This document shows, piece after piece, positions 9,695 through 19,570 of a stretch of 64,000 bases of DNA (its first letter is position 1; each line of letters opens with the position of its first letter). The position numbers and the translations under genes are program-made. Origin of the DNA: a virus; IMG/VR virus record IMGVR_UViG_3300042471_000650, positions 1-64,000 of that record. One strand, written 5' to 3'. The notes under the pieces were generated by a model. It was not told where the DNA came from and searched no databases. It saw only the letters and a list, made by a program, of their open reading frames with translations.

Positions 9695-9707
9695 TAGGTA
9701 TGAGTGC

Positions 9708-9938
9708 TTACTTGGGTTGCTTTTTTGCTTTTGCCACTTTCTTATCAATTTCTGGGTTTCCAGTTGGTGGCATCGACATTGCACTTGTCTTGTCTAGAGT
9801 GTTATACATACCATCTCTTTGACCATAATCCTGATGAAATCCATTAGGCAATTGTCTTGGTGGTTCTTGATCTGGAAATCCATTTGGGGATGGTTGTCCT
9901 GGATATAATGCTTTTTGAAATTGTTTGAATGTTTTCAT
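9708..9938 (-). CDS. Hypothetical protein, possible capsid-internal protein
   Basis: Starts MKTFKQF, resembling T4 internal-protein leaders. Confidence 0.55.
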   Translation of the reverse strand: MKTFKQFQKALYPGQPSPNGFPDQEPPRQLPNGFHQDYGQRDGMYNTLDKTSAMSMPPTGNPEIDKKVAKAKKQPK

Positions 9939-9939
9939 T

Positions 9940-11544
9940 TTATATACCTAAATTAATTCCCATAGACTTAAGTTTATTTGCATTATTTGATCCTGGTTTT
10001 ATGTGTTGCTTTAATTGATCCAATGCATTATTCCTTGTTTGTCCTGACGGACTTTTCAAAACAATACCAGCAAGAGTTGAAATTTCCAAAGGATTTAATC
10101 CAGAAGCAACTTGCCCATAATCCTTTTCCATTTTACTTGTATCAAATGTTGATGCAGCGGTTGCAGCATTTTCTTCTGCAGATTTACTCCAAGTATTATA
10201 AGAAGCTTCTTTACCAATTGGAGATTGTTGAAAATCACGAATACCAGAAGAATTGGAACCTGGAAAATTAGAACCAAACTTTGTAGTTGTATACTCCTTA
10301 CTTGCTCTCAATTGTTCCATTACTTTTCTATATCGTTCTCCTGGAGTTCCTTTCTCATTGTCTCCGACACGAATAAAAGAAACTGCTTCAGGAGAATCTA
10401 ATGGGACAAGAACACTTACGGGAGTTCTTCTTTGAAAGTTTAAATTAGTAATACCGTAAGTCAGAGGATTTTTTCCATACTTAACTCCATCTATGGTAAT
10501 GATAGTATCCGAAAAATCAATAAGAATAGCATTCCAAAGCGCCAAATAATCATCACCACCAAATGCTTGAGTAAGTCCTTCAACTGGTGAAGGATAACCA
10601 GGAACACTTGGCCAACCACCACCAGTATATTCATCTTGCAATGTTGCCCATAATTGAAATAATAATGTAGTTAATGATGAATTATTAATATCAAATTGAT
10701 TATAGTCTAATAGAATTTGACTACAAATAATTGATGCACTTTCATTCATCTCACTCGGATGCACATTAGTTATTACTTGCCCCTCTAGACGTTCAGAATA
10801 TAGAGGCGGATTTAATTCTTGCAAATAGAATGCTACATTTTTATCCTTTGCTTCTGCTGGCAATGCAAAAGAAAATCTACCAGAAGAAGAATTTTTAGGA
10901 ATAAATCCAAGAAAACCTCCAGAAGTATCAGAATACCAAATGACGTATAAGTCATTGTTTGGTATTACTGCCCCATTTGTTCCATTTCCAATAAAGGCAT
11001 CTATGGTTATATGTGTATAAGTTTCGGTGTTTGTTGTAATAAATGCAGCATCTCTAGAATAATTACCACCTTCAATCGGCAGAGCAACACCATCAAACTG
11101 CAAATAGTCTCCACTACTATCAGTGAATCCACCATCAGCAACTTCTGTTCCAACTCCATTAAAGGTGAAAGAATCTTGATTTCCTGCAGATATAGTTTCT
11201 AAATTTACTTCCCCGGTTGATTGGTAATCATTAAAAAATACTCCGGAAGATGTCATACCTTCATTCATTTCCGTTCTCCAATTGGATTTCAAACGATCGG
11301 GAACTTTGGTTTTAACTTCTTCAATAATTTGTGTTTCTTGATTCTCCTCAACAAATAAATCACTTCTCCAGTCTGATTTTAATGGTGAAGAAAGTTTTTT
11401 AATTTCCTTTATTTCTTTTTGCCCTTCTTTAATAAATTGTTTTTTTTCAAAAGACGAAAGTTTCTGCTCATCAAGAATGCGATGATGAGTTTTTTTGAAA
11501 TCTTTATGATTTACGTGCCTTAAGGCTTTCGAATATATACTCAT
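9940..11544 (-). CDS. Hypothetical late protein (534 aa)
   Basis: Long ORF with upstream TAAATA; charged N-terminus with two KS(D/N)WR motifs. Confidence 0.7.
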   Translation of the reverse strand: MSIYSKALRHVNHKDFKKTHHRILDEQKLSSFEKKQFIKEGQKEIKEIKKLSSPLKSDWRSDLFVEENQETQIIEEVKTKVPDRLKSNWRTEMNEGMTSSGVFFNDYQSTGEVNLETISAGNQDSFTFNGVGTEVADGGFTDSSGDYLQFDGVALPIEGGNYSRDAAFITTNTETYTHITIDAFIGNGTNGAVIPNNDLYVIWYSDTSGGFLGFIPKNSSSGRFSFALPAEAKDKNVAFYLQELNPPLYSERLEGQVITNVHPSEMNESASIICSQILLDYNQFDINNSSLTTLLFQLWATLQDEYTGGGWPSVPGYPSPVEGLTQAFGGDDYLALWNAILIDFSDTIITIDGVKYGKNPLTYGITNLNFQRRTPVSVLVPLDSPEAVSFIRVGDNEKGTPGERYRKVMEQLRASKEYTTTKFGSNFPGSNSSGIRDFQQSPIGKEASYNTWSKSAEENAATAASTFDTSKMEKDYGQVASGLNPLEISTLAGIVLKSPSGQTRNNALDQLKQHIKPGSNNANKLKSMGINLGI

Positions 11545-11570
11545 CCACTCTTTGTGTTTTTATCTATTTA

Positions 11571-11732
11571 TTATACCCTATATTCTTCTATCTTATCTAA
11601 TACCTTGTTCAAATACTTATGAGCAAGTCCCTTTGGGTCTGAAGTATATCCGATATTTTCTTCATATAATTCGTGCTTATACATCAACAATATTCTCTTT
11701 ATTTCTTGCTTCGTCAGTTGTCCGCGTGGCAT
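11571..11732 (-). CDS. Small hypothetical protein (53 aa)
   Basis: Read manually: MPRGQLTKQEIKRILLMYKHELYEE... Confidence 0.55.
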   Translation of the reverse strand: MPRGQLTKQEIKRILLMYKHELYEENIGYTSDPKGLAHKYLNKVLDKIEEYRV

Positions 11733-11736
11733 ATAC

Positions 11737-11769
11737 AAAAAAACTCTGCCTTATTTAGGGGCAGAGTTT
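11737..11769 (-). terminator. Intrinsic terminator
   Basis: AAACTCTGCC...GGCAGAGTTT hairpin with a U-run. Confidence 0.7.
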
Positions 11770-11789
11770 CAGTAATATTACCTATTATA

Positions 11790-12317
11790 TCAGACTTGTG
11801 CGGTTTCCCTCACAGTTGACTTGATATATTCTAAAACTGCTTCGGGGGTTGATGCCTCATAGGGGTCCGAGTCTGCGTTGTCACGTAGACCCTCTTCAAC
11901 GAAGAGTTTTTCAATGATTCCATTCTCCACCACAGCAGCATAACGCCAACTGCGCTGACCGAAACCAAGATTAGACTTGTTAACCAGGTAACCCATACTA
12001 CGGGTGAAATAAGCGTTTCCATCGGGGATAAATTTTACTTTTTCAATATTTTGATCTTGTGCCCAAGCATTCATAACAAATCCATCGTTAACAGAAACGC
12101 AGTAAATAGCGTCGATGCCGAGACCAATAAAGTCGTCATATTTCTCTTCGAATCCAGGCAACTGATAGGCACTGCAAGTAGGAGTGAAAGCACCAGGCAG
12201 GCTAAAAATGACCACACGCTTCCCATCAAAAAGTTCTGCAGTTGTGCGAGTTACGAATTCACCAGACTCACGGAAAACAAATTCAACTTGTGGAACTTGA
12301 TAACCTTCTTTACGCAT
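11790..12317 (-). CDS. Peroxiredoxin (Prx5/type II)
   Basis: SLPGAFTPTCS, SVNDGFVMNAW and DGNAYF motifs; GGAGG RBS before ATG 12317. Confidence 0.92.
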   Translation of the reverse strand: MRKEGYQVPQVEFVFRESGEFVTRTTAELFDGKRVVIFSLPGAFTPTCSAYQLPGFEEKYDDFIGLGIDAIYCVSVNDGFVMNAWAQDQNIEKVKFIPDGNAYFTRSMGYLVNKSNLGFGQRSWRYAAVVENGIIEKLFVEEGLRDNADSDPYEASTPEAVLEYIKSTVRETAQV

Positions 12318-12330
12318 TTTAACCTCCATT

Positions 12331-12450
12331 TCACCATACATTTGGAATAATCTGCCCGGTCGTCAGATAAGCACCAACGGCAGCAACGAATCCAATCATT
12401 GCAAGTCTTCCATTCAGACGTTCTGCTGCTTCAGTAAAGATTTTGTCCAT
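12331..12450 (-). CDS. hli: High-light inducible protein (39 aa)
   Basis: Below the ORF-track cutoff: MDKIFTEAAERLNGRLAMIGFVAAVGAYLTTGQIIPNVW; AGGAG RBS. Confidence 0.92.
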   Translation of the reverse strand: MDKIFTEAAERLNGRLAMIGFVAAVGAYLTTGQIIPNVW

Positions 12451-12462
12451 TGTTTTTTCTCC

Positions 12463-12549
12463 TTAAAATGTTTCAGAAAGTTGATTAATAGCATGTGCCA
12501 GAAGCACAAAGAAAGCAATACTTGTAAGAGTAAAAATAACTTCAGTCAT
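12463..12549 (-). CDS. Single-TM micropeptide (28 aa)
   Basis: MTEVIFTLTSIAFFVLLAHAINQLSETF; TGATG coupling to the upstream hli. Confidence 0.55.
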   Translation of the reverse strand: MTEVIFTLTSIAFFVLLAHAINQLSETF

Positions 12550-12743
12550 CAGAAGATTCCGAAGAAGAGTTTACCAGTGAGAGCATAAGAAATAAACCCA
12601 GCAATAATACCGACCATTGCCCAGCGTCCATTGATGCGCTCCTTTACTTCTGCGGGGGAATACATCCCATAATTCTCATAATACATTTGTGGTTCTTTAG
12701 CAAACATATTTTGCTGCCCACGGTCATTAGTCGTTACGGTCAT
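12549..12743 (-). CDS. hli: High-light inducible protein
   Basis: ERINGRWAMVG motif; QQNMFAKEP N-terminus. Confidence 0.9.
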   Translation of the reverse strand: MTVTTNDRGQQNMFAKEPQMYYENYGMYSPAEVKERINGRWAMVGIIAGFISYALTGKLFFGIF

Positions 12744-12794
12744 TTCGTTTTATTACGAAGTGTTACACAATTATATAGGAAATCTTAAGACCTG

Positions 12795-13604
12795 TCAAGG
12801 GGTCTGCGCTTGAGAGGGGTGAGTAATTCTTCCCAAAAACGGATCATAATTCATCAAATCGTCAATCTTCATATCGTGACCCTGCTGCTCCCAGAATTGC
12901 AGAAGTCCATCGTGACTTGCTCTGTGGAAAACATCAATGTGCTCTGGATGAATTGAAGACCCTAATTCAATTCGATAAAGAAAAATAGGAATCGAATATG
13001 TATTTCCAGAGTTGTAAACCAAATCATCAGCAACTGCTCTTGGTTTTACACCATTATCAAGTTTATACTTATCATCACGAACGTGAAACTTAAGAAGTTT
13101 TTCTGCGTGATGACGAGTAATCATATATGCGGCAGTAGAGAAATCATTGACAAATCTCTTGTGCAACTTAACGTGCAAATCTCCAGTGCAGATAATTGCA
13201 AGTTGCACTACATCCCAATCGTAAGGAATCTTGGAGACAAAATCTGCCCAAGTAAAATCCCAAAATCTTGCAAGTTGAATATCAACATCATCTTCCATAA
13301 TGATTGCATATGGAGAATCAGAAGTTTCATACCAATGTTTAATTGCTTTTAGGTGAGAAGTTGTGCAACCAATCTCCCCAGAAGTCATCGTGTCTGGATA
13401 TCTACCTTTAATGATATCTCCCAAATCATCATCACGACCATCATAAGCAGAGATACGAGTATAATTCTCAATCTCCCAATACTTAAATTGGTCTTCCATA
13501 TATTGCTTTCTTTCTGGTTGACCATCTAAATTCAAGTAATAGATTGGTCCAATATTTTTAAGTTTATATGCTGATTTGTTTTTGTCCATCACATTCTCAT
13601 CCAT
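12795..13604 (-). CDS. Glycosyltransferase family 25
   Basis: YYLNLD..PER, GEIGCTTSH and IMEDDV motifs. Confidence 0.85.
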   Translation of the reverse strand: MDENVMDKNKSAYKLKNIGPIYYLNLDGQPERKQYMEDQFKYWEIENYTRISAYDGRDDDLGDIIKGRYPDTMTSGEIGCTTSHLKAIKHWYETSDSPYAIIMEDDVDIQLARFWDFTWADFVSKIPYDWDVVQLAIICTGDLHVKLHKRFVNDFSTAAYMITRHHAEKLLKFHVRDDKYKLDNGVKPRAVADDLVYNSGNTYSIPIFLYRIELGSSIHPEHIDVFHRASHDGLLQFWEQQGHDMKIDDLMNYDPFLGRITHPSQAQTP

Positions 13605-14395
13605 CTTTCTGGAATTAAATCTTTAGTGTTTTTATCTTTACAGGTTTCCCCAAACCAATTTATAGGTGCAACGACGTGGTTAGAATTAGACAACCAAGCA
13701 CCCCACCAGGAGAATGAGGAATTAGCAATAATATGATGTTTGCAGAGAGACATTAGACATAGGTCAACATACTGGTCTCCAGATTCAGAAAGCATAAACC
13801 TCTCATCAGAGAAGATTTCCTGCTCCCTGCACCACTCAATATCATCAGAAAAGATAATGACTGGAAGATTCGAATCAAACTGTTGAAGTGCTGTTTGATA
13901 ATACTCCAAGTCAAGAGCAGTGTGATTTGGATTTTGAAGGTAGTCTGTGCGACGAATATGAAGACTGATTGCTTCTCCGACAGACCCCATCATTTCTTTA
14001 CAAGGTTCTAGAATCTCATCCTTGAAAGAAAAGTCAATCCGAATCTCATCTGTAATATGTGCAAAATATTTTTCTGACTGAAAAAATCCAGCAAGAGTAA
14101 TTTCATCTGGACACATATTGAAGAGAATCTCATCAAAGTGAAAATGCCTTTCTTCTGCTACTGGAGCATATCCCCTATCAAGAAGTTTAATGTTATGAGG
14201 AAGGACATACGACATCTTAAATGGATAGAAGATTTCAATCTTCAAATCAAATCCATAAGGGTCCTTAACAACTTGACTATGATTTGGAACGCAAAAATCG
14301 TATCCTCTATTAGAAGCAATACCTCTCAAAGAGGCATACTGAAACATTTGATTTCCTAATCTGCCCAGTCTACCAAGATGATTAAACGCCAGCAT
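13589..14395 (-). CDS. Alpha-1,2-fucosyltransferase (GT11)
   Basis: GRLGNQMFQYA, HIRRTDY, FSDD and NSSFSWWGAWL motifs. Confidence 0.88.
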   Translation of the reverse strand: MLAFNHLGRLGRLGNQMFQYASLRGIASNRGYDFCVPNHSQVVKDPYGFDLKIEIFYPFKMSYVLPHNIKLLDRGYAPVAEERHFHFDEILFNMCPDEITLAGFFQSEKYFAHITDEIRIDFSFKDEILEPCKEMMGSVGEAISLHIRRTDYLQNPNHTALDLEYYQTALQQFDSNLPVIIFSDDIEWCREQEIFSDERFMLSESGDQYVDLCLMSLCKHHIIANSSFSWWGAWLSNSNHVVAPINWFGETCKDKNTKDLIPERWMRM

Positions 14396-15209
14396 TCAGT
14401 TGTCTCCTTCTTTCTTTAACATAATTTTGGTCTTCATAGTATCTTATTATAGCATCTTTATCCAATGTTCGGATTACCTGCCAAAGATTATGATTGTCCA
14501 TAAACTTTGGATTGTGATAGTGTGAGTTGAAAGTCCGAGAGTGGTCAAAATGATAAACCATATCATTTACTCTTCCTACATTATATCCAAGTGCTTGCAG
14601 GCGATAATAATATTCACAGTCTTCAGCACCCCAAGAGATGAAGTTTTCATTCCACATATAAGAGTCAATATAAACTTGACGCTTAATCATTTGACCCCAA
14701 CCCATTACAGAAGGTTGCAGTTTACAATTTGGTTGCAAAACAGATAGGTTAAATTCAGATGAAATAAAAGCATCAAAAAGAGAAATGGGATAATCAACTG
14801 CCCATTGATAAACTCCACAACCATATGGATAGACTGCATCAAATCCACCTTGAGTAATCATATTATAAGCAGTGGTATAACTTGATACTGGGTAGACAAC
14901 ATCAACATCGTAATTATAAACTACCTCTGTCTTTGCTGCAAGAAGTAGGTCATTCAAAATACGTGTCTTGTAGAAGAATTTATCTTCAGATTGTTCAAAG
15001 ATGTGATAGAGATTTGACGGAATATCTCCAACAATTCTTTCAATAACGGGAAGTGCCTTATCTTGAAAAACAGATTGCCTATCATTCTCCTTGACAATAA
15101 TAGGAGATTGTGGGAAATGGTGCGTGATATAACTGATTGAAGTGATAATGTTTTTCAGTCGGTCTTCACTTTCAATTCGACAAGGCATTAAGAATGTAAG
15201 ATTATTCAT
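14382..15209 (-). CDS. GT-A glycosyltransferase (GT2/GT7C-like)
   Basis: YDVDV and WNENFISWGAEDCE motifs. Confidence 0.75.
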   Translation of the reverse strand: MNNLTFLMPCRIESEDRLKNIITSISYITHHFPQSPIIVKENDRQSVFQDKALPVIERIVGDIPSNLYHIFEQSEDKFFYKTRILNDLLLAAKTEVVYNYDVDVVYPVSSYTTAYNMITQGGFDAVYPYGCGVYQWAVDYPISLFDAFISSEFNLSVLQPNCKLQPSVMGWGQMIKRQVYIDSYMWNENFISWGAEDCEYYYRLQALGYNVGRVNDMVYHFDHSRTFNSHYHNPKFMDNHNLWQVIRTLDKDAIIRYYEDQNYVKERRRQLNAGV

Positions 15210-16053
15210 AACTTACCTCCACCCATCTCTCTGGCAGAAGGTCTTCCATATTGTAATGATCATACATCGACCCAAACCAAGGATTAGGTGCAACAATCGG
15301 TTGTGTAGGATTCTCAATCAACCAGGCACCCCACCAACTCATTGTGCTGTTGGCAATAACACCACCATTACACAGAGACATCATACACAAATCAAAGTAA
15401 GGAATCAATGCCTGTTGACGACCTTGAAGTGTATCACAAGTTTGTGGATACTTTTCAGTATATTCCGAAAGCATAAACCTGTCATCTTGAAACAATTCTT
15501 GCTCTCCACACCACTCAATATCATCAGAGAATACAAGCACTGTAGAATTTTCATCAAAGTGAGTCAGTGCCTTCTCATAATACTCAATAGGACAAGCAGG
15601 GTGTGCCTCTGGTTTGACCAGATAATCTCCCCTCCTTACGTGAAGGAAAATAGGATTCTCAATCTCGTCGATGATTTCTTTACAAGGTTCTAGAATATCA
15701 TCTTTGAATGTGTAATCTTTACGAATAACATCTTCTACATTCAGAAAGTATTTTTCGGAGGTAAAGTAATCGTGAAGATTTACATTGTCAGGACACTCAT
15801 CAAAAAACTTTTGAATGAAATGAAACTCTCCAGTAGAGACACTAGGAGAATTTAAGATTCCAAAATTACTCTCTTGGACTGATTCCATTTTGAAACAATC
15901 AAAGAGACCATAGTTGGAATCTCCATAACTATCTGGACGAGGAATCAACCAATCAAATCCTCGATTTGCAGCAATGCCACGAAGAGCAGCATACTGAAAC
16001 ATCTGATTGCCCAGGCGCCCATTAGAACCTAGTCGATTATAACTGATTGTCAT
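15202..16053 (-). CDS. Alpha-1,2-fucosyltransferase (GT11), second copy
   Basis: GRLGNQMFQYA, HVRRGDY and NSTMSWWGAWL motifs. Confidence 0.88.
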   Translation of the reverse strand: MTISYNRLGSNGRLGNQMFQYAALRGIAANRGFDWLIPRPDSYGDSNYGLFDCFKMESVQESNFGILNSPSVSTGEFHFIQKFFDECPDNVNLHDYFTSEKYFLNVEDVIRKDYTFKDDILEPCKEIIDEIENPIFLHVRRGDYLVKPEAHPACPIEYYEKALTHFDENSTVLVFSDDIEWCGEQELFQDDRFMLSEYTEKYPQTCDTLQGRQQALIPYFDLCMMSLCNGGVIANSTMSWWGAWLIENPTQPIVAPNPWFGSMYDHYNMEDLLPERWVEVSYE

Positions 16054-16054
16054 T

Positions 16055-16672
16055 TCACTTCCTCACATAAAGAGCATCTCCCCAGAGAGTTCCTGCCCAA
16101 TCAGTTTCAACTCTTTCCATACTGTAGTCAGCAAGAAATACATCCAAATCTTCTACAAAAGCATTTCCTTCATAAAGTTCATCACGATTGATTTCACAAT
16201 AAACATAATCAACGTGCTTCATTGTTTCAGCACCACCCTTCAAAACTTCAAGTTCATATCCTTGAACATCCATATTGATGAAATTAAAGTTTTGGGTTTC
16301 ATCTGCAAAACTATCCAGACGCTTCATTTCAACTTCTTCTGTTCCAGGAAATCCAACACCAGGATGCAATTGAAGATGAACTTTGGGACGCAACACAGAA
16401 CTGCTAATCAAATCATTGTCACTCAAATACATTGTGACATTCTTTTCTTCATTGCCAAGAGCAACCTGATAAGCAGAGATATTGGCATTTACATCCTGCA
16501 TTCGCTTCTCAAGAATATTAAAGTTTAAACTCACAGGTTCAAACATAATAATATCTTGGACACCATTATCAACATATTCTTCAATCTCTTGTCCTCGATG
16601 AGCACCAATATGGATGATACCTTTGATATCCATATTGTATTTTTTCACCATACTGGTAAAACTTAAAATCAT
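16055..16672 (-). CDS. FkbM-family SAM methyltransferase
   Basis: HIGAHRG, FEP and MDVQGYELEVLKG motifs. Confidence 0.88.
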   Translation of the reverse strand: MILSFTSMVKKYNMDIKGIIHIGAHRGQEIEEYVDNGVQDIIMFEPVSLNFNILEKRMQDVNANISAYQVALGNEEKNVTMYLSDNDLISSSVLRPKVHLQLHPGVGFPGTEEVEMKRLDSFADETQNFNFINMDVQGYELEVLKGGAETMKHVDYVYCEINRDELYEGNAFVEDLDVFLADYSMERVETDWAGTLWGDALYVRK

Positions 16673-17490
16673 AATTCTTGTAGATAAGTTTTGTAAATGT
16701 AGTCTTCGTTGATGGGATAATTTTTAACTCTTTCCAGATTATCCTTGACTGCTTCCAGTTTATCATAATAAAGGTCTGAAGTCAATTGAGAAACATCAAA
16801 GTCATCAGTTAAGAAAATAATACCATCAGGATTAAAAAACTTTCCAATATCTGGAGACCCATAATAAACTGGAATTGTCCCAGTGGCAAAGCAGTCTTGA
16901 ATCTTTTCGGTGAAATAAGTCTCATAACAGGCATTCTCAATTGCAACCGAAAACATATAGTCTGCTAGACCTTCTTCTTTCGATTGAATCTCATTGAAAC
17001 CACGACCATAGAAATCAACTTTGCCCTGAAGTTTTTGTGCCCAAGACAAACGATGTTGATGCCCCTCACACATTAACTTGTTGGAGCAAATCATTGAAAC
17101 TAATTTACTCTTTTCATAGAGTTGTGGTTCAGTAATCCAACTCCCATACAAAGGAGCAAATTTAAATTTGGGATGCAGTTTAATTAATTCTTGATGATGC
17201 GTAAAAATAGCATCATAAACTCTCACATAGTGAAGATAATTTCTTTTTACATCTTCCAAAACATCAGGACAGATGTTTGCAGACTCCAATAACCAAGCGT
17301 ATTTTTTCTTACTTGTATCATCGTCAAATGCTAATCCAATGTATCGGTCCACATAGAAGGTTTCCTCTGCTCCAGAATCTACCCACTCTATAAACTTGGA
17401 CTCTTGTTTATGAATGGAAGATGCTTTGTTTCCATTATCATAATTGTTGAATCCGCCGCCGACCAAATTATACGGTTTTTTCGCAGTCAT
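16669..17490 (-). CDS. GT10-like fucosyltransferase
   Basis: YMFSVAIEN...YFTEKI.DCF..GTIPVYYG motif. Confidence 0.8.
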   Translation of the reverse strand: MTAKKPYNLVGGGFNNYDNGNKASSIHKQESKFIEWVDSGAEETFYVDRYIGLAFDDDTSKKKYAWLLESANICPDVLEDVKRNYLHYVRVYDAIFTHHQELIKLHPKFKFAPLYGSWITEPQLYEKSKLVSMICSNKLMCEGHQHRLSWAQKLQGKVDFYGRGFNEIQSKEEGLADYMFSVAIENACYETYFTEKIQDCFATGTIPVYYGSPDIGKFFNPDGIIFLTDDFDVSQLTSDLYYDKLEAVKDNLERVKNYPINEDYIYKTYLQEL

Positions 17491-17514
17491 ATATAATAAA
17501 GATTTTATAATAGT

Positions 17515-18198
17515 ATGAAAAAAGTCATTTCCTTTTCATTATACGGTGATAATCCGAAATATACAATCGGAGCAATCAAAAATTCAGAATTAAAAGAAAC
17601 TTATTTTCCTGGTTGGGAAATGAGAGTCTATCATAATGACTCTGTTCCTAACTATGTATTAGAGCAATTAGAAGCAAATAATGTAGTTTTAATCAATACT
17701 GGAGTAGACCAGGGTTTCTGTAATGCAATGTGGAGATTTGCTCCAGCATCAGAAAAGGTAGAATGCTTTATTTCTAGAGATTGTGATTCCCGTTTATTTG
17801 AAAGAGATGCTGTAGCAGTCAATGAATGGTTAGAATCTGGCAAGTGTTTTCATATCATTCGTGACCATCCTGGCGGACACGCTTGGGAAATCAGTGCTGG
17901 TATGTGGGGAGCAAGAGGATGTTTTGTGGAAAACATTCAAGATAAAATTAACGAATATATTCAAACAAGTTCTTGGGTGAATGACAGAGCAGTAGATCAA
18001 AGATTCCTACAAGAAATAATTTATCCAAGAGCTTGTGAAAGTCTTTTTCTCCACGATGAATACTTTAATTATGAAGGTATTGGAACTGCAATTAAAAGAA
18101 ACCGCCAATTAGATGACTTTGCTTTTATTGGAGAACCATTTGATGAAAATGATAATCAATTATCAAATCATCGTGATATGATTATTCAAAGATACTGA
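17515..18198 (+). CDS. Putative glycosyltransferase-like protein, inverted within the island
   Basis: ISFSLYG, ISRDCDSR, IRDHP and DQRFL motifs. Confidence 0.6.
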   Translation: MKKVISFSLYGDNPKYTIGAIKNSELKETYFPGWEMRVYHNDSVPNYVLEQLEANNVVLINTGVDQGFCNAMWRFAPASEKVECFISRDCDSRLFERDAVAVNEWLESGKCFHIIRDHPGGHAWEISAGMWGARGCFVENIQDKINEYIQTSSWVNDRAVDQRFLQEIIYPRACESLFLHDEYFNYEGIGTAIKRNRQLDDFAFIGEPFDENDNQLSNHRDMIIQRY

Positions 18199-18893
18199 AG
18201 ACATTCTGGAAGAATTTTTCTTTGGTATAAACCCATATTGTGCTGATAGATTGCGTGGTCTTTTGGATGAGACGTTGCAACTTTACTAGCAGGTAGAGAG
18301 CAGACTTTGATATGCCTTAAGTCTTTAACCTTATATCCAAACTGGTAGGCACGATAAGACATATCTCCATCGGCACAGTAATATTCATATTCTGGATTAT
18401 ACATTCCAATCTCTTTAAAGATTTTCTTTCGATACAATCCATAATTCATCACAATTTCCCCACCAGAATCTGCAATATTACACAGACACCATCCGTCACT
18501 ATGGTCTCTACCCTTTAACCATTCTGGGTTTTTTGTATCTTCATAAGTCCCATACTTCCAATTGAAAAGATAGAAGTCGTGATTTGATTGAAGTTCTAGA
18601 AATACTTCAGACCACTCATTACATAAAATTACATCATCATTCCATTGGCAAATAACATCGTATGTTGCTGCTTGAATGCCCAGATTCATAAAGTGTGGAT
18701 ATGAACTACGACCACCAACTTCAATTAGTTTAATCTGTGGGTGATTAAGTTTTTGAATATAATCAATCGTGCCATCATTGCTTCCACCATCAACAAGCAC
18801 AAGTTCTAATCTTTCATCAGATAAAACCGTATTTGCAATGAGTGCAGGAAGCATACCTACACGATTTAAGGTTCCAGTTACAATACTAATCAT
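18186..18893 (-). CDS. Glycosyltransferase family 2
   Basis: VDGGSNDGT, WNDD and ADGD motifs. Confidence 0.82.
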   Translation of the reverse strand: MISIVTGTLNRVGMLPALIANTVLSDERLELVLVDGGSNDGTIDYIQKLNHPQIKLIEVGGRSSYPHFMNLGIQAATYDVICQWNDDVILCNEWSEVFLELQSNHDFYLFNWKYGTYEDTKNPEWLKGRDHSDGWCLCNIADSGGEIVMNYGLYRKKIFKEIGMYNPEYEYYCADGDMSYRAYQFGYKVKDLRHIKVCSLPASKVATSHPKDHAIYQHNMGLYQRKILPECLQYL

Positions 18894-19570
18894 TAGTTTA
18901 TCTCAATAAAAGGATTAAGACCAGAGGAGTTCATTGACTCATCATATTGCCTTACGTAGTTATGCTGATACAGTTTGGGTTTATCTAACTTGTAGGAGCA
19001 CATTAACTCTTTGAAAGAAGACTGCATAAAATGAATCTCTTCTGCATTTTCAATCAGAGTAATATAATCAAAAACATTGAATCTCTTATCATTCATAATC
19101 ACTTTGTATTCAGTTTCAATTCGATTCATATCGATTGAGAATCCACGAGAGGCATCATCGTGTACAAAAATATATCTCTCACCAGTTGGATTCAGAGTAT
19201 TCAATACTTCTTTCTCCTTTCCCAAATCCCGTTCAAAGTAAAACTCATCAAACCTAACTGAAAAATCTAATCCGGCAAGTTTATAGAATGCCTTATCGAA
19301 TGGAAATTCTGGCATTACTCCAGACAAATCACCAAATCCAATCTTTAAGCAATCCAACTTTTGATTTGAAATATAATAGTCTGCTTGAGCATCGCTTTCC
19401 ACTCCAAGAACTTGAAACTTCTCTAGGTCACGATACATATACTGCACATTTTTTACATTATGATTGTATGCAAATAGTGTAATTGCACCATATTCCTTGT
19501 AAAAATGTCTAACCATACCATTATTAATGATATGGTCACCTAGTCCCAAATGATGATAGATATATTTCAT
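18893..19570 (-). CDS. Putative GT-B-type glycosyltransferase
   Basis: HHLGLGDHII N-terminal motif; island context. Confidence 0.5.
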   Translation of the reverse strand: MKYIYHHLGLGDHIINNGMVRHFYKEYGAITLFAYNHNVKNVQYMYRDLEKFQVLGVESDAQADYYISNQKLDCLKIGFGDLSGVMPEFPFDKAFYKLAGLDFSVRFDEFYFERDLGKEKEVLNTLNPTGERYIFVHDDASRGFSIDMNRIETEYKVIMNDKRFNVFDYITLIENAEEIHFMQSSFKELMCSYKLDKPKLYQHNYVRQYDESMNSSGLNPFIEIN

